A stretch of DNA of 63,956 bases, the filler included, from Dugesia japonica (Eukaryota), in assembly GCA_001938525.1 (NCBI GenBank). It is 6 parts of 6 records of this genome, joined end to end, with 100 filler letters (N's around TTAATTAATTAA, not from the genome) between each part and the next. Parts side by side here need not be neighbours in the genome. Positions count along the whole stretch, not along the records: positions 55,764 to 63,956 come from MQRL01167485.1; 5 more parts are not named here. The stretch is one strand, 5' to 3'. Shown one piece after another: positions 61,710 to 63,956 of this stretch (positions are counted from its first letter, which is position 1; every line of letters begins with the position of its first letter). The notes under the pieces are model-generated. The model saw only the letters and a program-made list of their open reading frames with translations. It ran no database searches and was not told the DNA's origin. A program made the position numbers and the translations under genes.

Positions 61710-62420
61710 TGGATTTCTATCGCCTTGTATTACTTCATTCTTCATATCTGCAACTGAATAATGGTCTTTTTCTAAACCCAATGTCCTTGCCAAGACTTTA
61801 TCAAATGTAAGAGCTTTGATATCATCTTGTAGAATTGAAATAGATTTTATGCTTTGAGTGAAATCGTATTAAATAGTCCAGAACCGTTTTCTGTTAAATA
61901 TTTATGTAATAATTCATCTTTTAACAGTATAGTATGATAACATACTTGTGAATAAGCCATTTTAATTTTACATTTTCTATTAAAGAATCATTTTTAAATA
62001 ATCAATAATCAATCTGAAGATATCTATCTTTCTCTTTGTTAGTCTTATATGGGTATCCGAAGTTATGCGCGATTTTTTCATCTTCAAATATAATAACATA
62101 TGGATATTTACAATAAATAGTTAATATCCTCCTATCTCGTATCCAAATATTATCATTTTGAATGACTTTTAAGTATTTTCCTCTGTGCTTAATTTTAACA
62201 GAAATTTCATTTGATATAGTTTTCGATCTCATGTATTGAATTTTAGAAGTGCTATATTACGGAGATATTTGATATACAAAGGTAAAATCTAACAATGCTA
62301 CTTCCCACTGCCTATCCATATAAATTGGATTTTGAAGCTCAACACTGAATTTACTAGCATTATTATCCTGATAAGAAGACAGCTATTACTTGGTAAAAGT
62401 GAATAGAAATTACTTGATTT
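61710..62420 (-). pseudogene. Polinton minor capsid protein pseudogene
   Basis: NFYSLLPSNS / ELQNPIYMDRQWEVALLDFTFVY; homologue of 13073-13699. Confidence 0.75.
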
Positions 62421-62449
62421 TATCTGAATTTTCTTCTTGATTGACTATT

Positions 62450-63480
62450 TCTGATGCCAATATCCAACTTCGTTTTTCGTATTCATGCTACTTTACATAG
62501 TATTGTTTATTCTTTCCGGTTACCTTTGATTTAATGATTTATTTCTATTCTATATTTCTTTGATGGTGGAATGACTTTTAATTCTTGTTCATTGACTTTT
62601 CTTTGCACCATATAATCTTCATAATCTTAAATAACATACATCACCAATTTCGTTTAGTGTTTATTTTTGTTATTTGATACACTTCATTACTTCAATTACT
62701 ATTGAAATTCTTAATAAATGGTGAAGCTGATATTTTTGAAATTATCACATGGTCACCAACTTTATATTTTTATTTGCTTTTGGATGTTTTAGCGATAACC
62801 ATAACTTCAAATGATTGTTTGAACTTACATCAATTGGTCTTGCTCTAGTTGATTCTTTATGACCAGAATGATGATAACTATGAATAACTTTTGTTAAAAC
62901 ATTTACCCAAGTCTTATTACCAACATGTAAAAAGTATGTTTTCAATTCATCTCTCAATGTACGGTTAAATTTTTCTACATGTGCAGCTTTATACTGTGAG
63001 AATACACTATAATGATTTATTTTTAGATTATTTATATTTATGTTTTAATTAAGAATAGTAACTTTCCTTACCCAAATCAGTTTGTAAATTATCTGGGTGT
63101 CTATTTTTAAACATTGACTTAATTGCTGGTTCCAAATCATAAGCAGATTTTGATTAACCGGAACAGCTCTTGCAAATCTACTGAATACATCTATGCATAT
63201 TAAAATATACTTGTAACCTATATTATTTTCTAAAAATGAAATCATCTTCATTAGATCCATTTGCCTTAAATTATCAATATTATATGTTTTATATGCTCTT
63301 GTTGGAAATCTATTCAACATTGGCTTGCTTAGACTGTACGCAAGTTGACTCGATAACCACTTTTTTGTCTGTCTTTTCGCTTTTTAATCTGCTTTCATCA
63401 ATTTATTTACGCCTTACTTACAAACAAACGTTTTCCGCTATCACTAGGCCCAAGAATTTGATAGACTGCGTCTTTTCCTA
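62450..63480 (-). pseudogene. Polinton integrase with C-terminal chromodomain, pseudogene
   Basis: KWLSSQLAY; YILICIDVFSRFARAVP; LQTDLGKE; KAAHVEKFNRTLR; QYYVK*HEYEKRSWI (chromodomain-like). Confidence 0.85.
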
Positions 63481-63956
63481 ATTTCTCCGTCATCCTTTTT
63501 CTTTAATTTATTCATAATTTATTACATTGTTTATAATTTTTTTAACGGATCAATTAAATTAATTCCATTAAAACCTAAATGTTCCTCTTTAATTTATTAA
63601 TTATGATTACCAATATTAATTACATATATCTGACTCAAGAATTAACAAAGAAAATGAGCTTTTCTATAGGTAAACCATGTCAATTCAAAGTCAAAAGTGA
63701 CAAAATTACAATTATTTTCTCCAGATCAAGAAAATGTAGAATAATGGGTTGTAAGAAACTACTAGAACCATTTGATTTGAAGCCCTGTGATATGGAAAAT
63801 TTGCAATAACGATCACTAACAATTGTCTTCAATAAATATGTATAAATTAGCAAGAATAGTCAACTGTTGGTTCGAATCAAAGTTTTTTCTTGCTCTATGA
63901 CTTCTAAAATATGACGCTTTATGTGTAAATGTGTTCTTAACAAGAAAACTAGTAAT

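Overview
This is a very AT-rich eukaryotic (probably invertebrate) draft-assembly window that is almost entirely mobile DNA. It is not one contiguous molecule: five artificial 100-bp linkers (44N-TTAATTAATTAA-44N) split it into six scaffolds (1-12449, 12550-20723, 20824-34127, 34228-46896, 46997-55663, 55764-63956). The dominant feature is Polinton/Maverick (adintovirus-like) endogenous viruses. One partial provirus (47467-55663) carries a double-jelly-roll major capsid gene with two nonsense codons, an intact zinc-finger/parvovirus-type PLA2/DDE-integrase fusion ORF with an adenain-type cleavage motif at the domain junction, an A32-like packaging ATPase and accessory genes. Also present are pPolB fragments (one inverted), a second lineage with an integrase-chromodomain followed by a minor capsid gene, about 11 termini sharing AGTA-N4/5-ATA..., and a ~600-bp element with TIRs and a perfect 6-bp TSD. 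Other content: Penelope-like element remnants with minimal hammerhead ribozymes showing stem covariation, several decayed Ty3/Gypsy elements, mariner/Tc1/hAT relics, a tRNA-like Pol III cassette, one probable 7-exon host gene with ubiquitin-like domains and one orphan terminal exon. All calls come from reading motifs by eye; no database searches were run.
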